DNA of 64,000 nt from Mustelus asterias (taxonomy: Eukaryota). Shown here in pieces: positions 61,956 to 64,000 of the stretch (the stretch's first letter is position 1; each line of letters begins with the position of its first letter). Both the position numbers and the translations under genes were made by a program. The notes below the pieces were generated by a model, which was given only the letters and a program-made list of their open reading frames with translations, ran no database searches and was not told where the DNA came from. The stretch is taken from NCBI RefSeq assembly GCF_964213995.1, contig NC_135819.1, positions 57,970,001-58,034,000 of the forward strand. The letters are read 5' to 3'.

Positions 61956-63597
61956 TTTCTCTAGTAGGCCAATTTAAAAAGAAGTAAGGTCTTCAGCAAG
62001 CACCTGTTGTCCCTCGCACACAAATTTGAATGCATCAAATGAAACACAATTTTAAAATAATTTATTGCAATTTTCACAGACTTCCCAGTTTAAGTCACAA
62101 GCTAACAAGCCCATGCCTCAATCCACTTTCAGTCTAACTCTTCATGCCTTGACTAAATTCAGGGCTTTTCAGAACTATGTCACCATTTTTGGTCAGCTTT
62201 TGCTAGTTTTCTAGATTTACTCTACGCTCATTTGCTTACGACGTCACCACTTCTGTCACTGGTGAGTTTCAACCAGCCCCTGAAACCCACCAGATTCGGC
62301 AATTTGACCAGTTAATCTAGTTAATGAGCTCACTGAAAGTTCTTGGAGTGTTTACCCTCTGGATTCCGTAATTCATTTTGTTGTTCTTCAAAAGCAGATA
62401 CTACATTGACCTTTTAACCAAGTCTTTGAACTATTCGGTTTAGCATTTAACTCCTGATCGCCATTGTCTTCTGCATCCAAGTCTGTAAAGAAGGTACCAA
62501 CCAGCCAAAGATCCAAATTGTCTGTATGTAAAACATATTGTTATCTTTAAGTTTACTTCCATGATTTAAACTTTCTGTGTTTGTTTCGAGGCGATGTTGG
62601 TTTAATGATGCATGCTTTTGTGCAAATAGTTTGTAATTCTATTGAAGAAAATACTCCATGACTGCTCTAAAAAAATTCATTAAGGTTCTGTCAGTGATCA
62701 AATAAAAAAATCCTGATGGTTTTTTCTAGTCAATTCACAAATTATTTGAAATTATTTTTCTTTCTTGTCTTCCCATTCAGCACAAGCCTCTCCAATTCAT
62801 CTAATAATTTTCTGGCAATGGCGATGCCTTCACCCATCTGAAGTTTTAATTTGCTTTCAAGAGCACATCTTTTCCCGCAGCTATATGGAGTCATTACTGG
62901 TTGTAGCTGATCCTTTCAGTTTCAAAGTAATGCTTTCCTTTGTTCCATCATCAGCTCTGAGTACTGCTGCTTTTTCCTTTGACATCTTTTGCTCAGGTTC
63001 TTCCTAATTCAGAGGGCTACAGTTCAGCTTTGGTTGACTTTAACACTTCATCAGTCTGATGTTCCGCTGTCCTTTTAACATTAGCAACCTGAGTTTCTGA
63101 TTTTTTGGACGCATCTTTGGTTGAAACAGTAATTTTCGCAGCAGAATTTTCTGGTTTTCTGGATGGCCACTTCAGGCTTTGCACGATCTCTCAGCACAAA
63201 ATGTTTCCAGGATGTCTTCCCCACACACAGCTAACCCCAATTCAGCTCAACATCTTTCCTTAAATAGACTTTCTCACTTTCATCTTCAATTCCATTGTAC
63301 TTGGCGCATCTTTGGATTTAGCTTTTCTGAAATAAATTTTTTTTAAAATATCTTTCCTATGGAACCCCAATTTCAGGTCAAAATAAAATTTAACAACCTT
63401 CCTATGTTTACTTATGAAATCTTTGCAAATTGTAAAGGTTCCTTACTCCCTTTTGAAATTTAATAGCTGAAAACCTAATTTACTATATCTCCCAATGCAA
63501 ATTTCTAAACTCTACTTATTTACTTCTAAATCCACTTTACCATAGCTTCATTACAAATGCATGCATTTAACACCTGTACACCTTTCATCTGTCCTTC

Positions 63598-64000
63598 CAA
63601 TGCCAAACTTCTGGATGGGTATTTTGAGTACAGCTGGGTTTATCATATTCCTGGTGGGTGAAAATTGAAAATGTTTTTCCTTGGTCTGGGAAGCCAAGAA
63701 AATGTTAAAAGGTGGATTAAAGTACCGCAACTGCAGAAATACTGTGCTTGTGGAAGCGATAGATCTGGGATTGTGCGTATCTATAATTCTGATGGAAGTC
63801 TTGTACAAGGGACATTCTGTTAAAAATATGCCTATTGAATCCTATTTGGATAATCGTTCTCTTTGGGATAATGTTCATGCAATGAAGAGTGTCACTGAGA
63901 AAATGTTGAGGATTAACCTTGCGAGTATAAAGGAAATGTTGAAGAGAAAAGAGATCTCTGAAGTAAAATGGATCAAAGCAAGTCACCAATTTTTATTGTT
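63598..64000 (+). mobile_element. Ty1/Copia retrotransposon RNase H fragment (continues past the window edge)
   Basis: Manual translation: ANLLDGY..STAGFIIFLVGEN*KCFSLVWEAKK, then VLVEAIDLGLCVSIILMEVLY..MPIESYLDNRSLWDNVHAMKSVTEKMLRINLASIKEMLKRKEISEVKWIKASHQF. This matches the Copia RNase HI pattern (W.SKK..ST..AE, DN.S, K.LRID, W....Q.AD). Confidence 0.8.

Overview
This is AT-rich, CpG-depleted eukaryotic DNA, almost certainly an elasmobranch (shark) intronic or intergenic region, judged from HE1/V-SINEs, HER1-like CR1 LINEs and Deu-domain SINEs. No intact host gene is recognisable. Most of the window is nested transposons: many CR1 LINEs of different ages (four large young ones), Rex1/Babar and L2 LINE pieces, three SINE families, a decayed Gypsy element with its PPT and 3' LTR, two solo LTRs with TSDs, a Ty1/Copia RNase H fragment at the right edge, PIF/Harbinger relics (HARBI1-like transposase plus Myb/SANT-like ORF) and MITEs. 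The long ORFs in the track are TE proteins or their antisense shadows. The most notable signals are: (1) Penelope-type repeats carrying minimal hammerhead ribozyme motifs, including a tandem pair at 53.3 kb and a palindromic TSD-flanked insertion of the same family at 27.4 kb; (2) two template-switch scars near 17-18.7 kb, a 54-bp inverted copy of local DNA inside a CR1 and a micro inverted triplication; (3) the Copia fragment; (4) weak evidence for decayed minus-strand exons and a candidate microexon. I cannot demonstrate a wholly new biological system from sequence alone. Boundaries of old repeats are approximate, and family names come from motif recognition rather than database searches.
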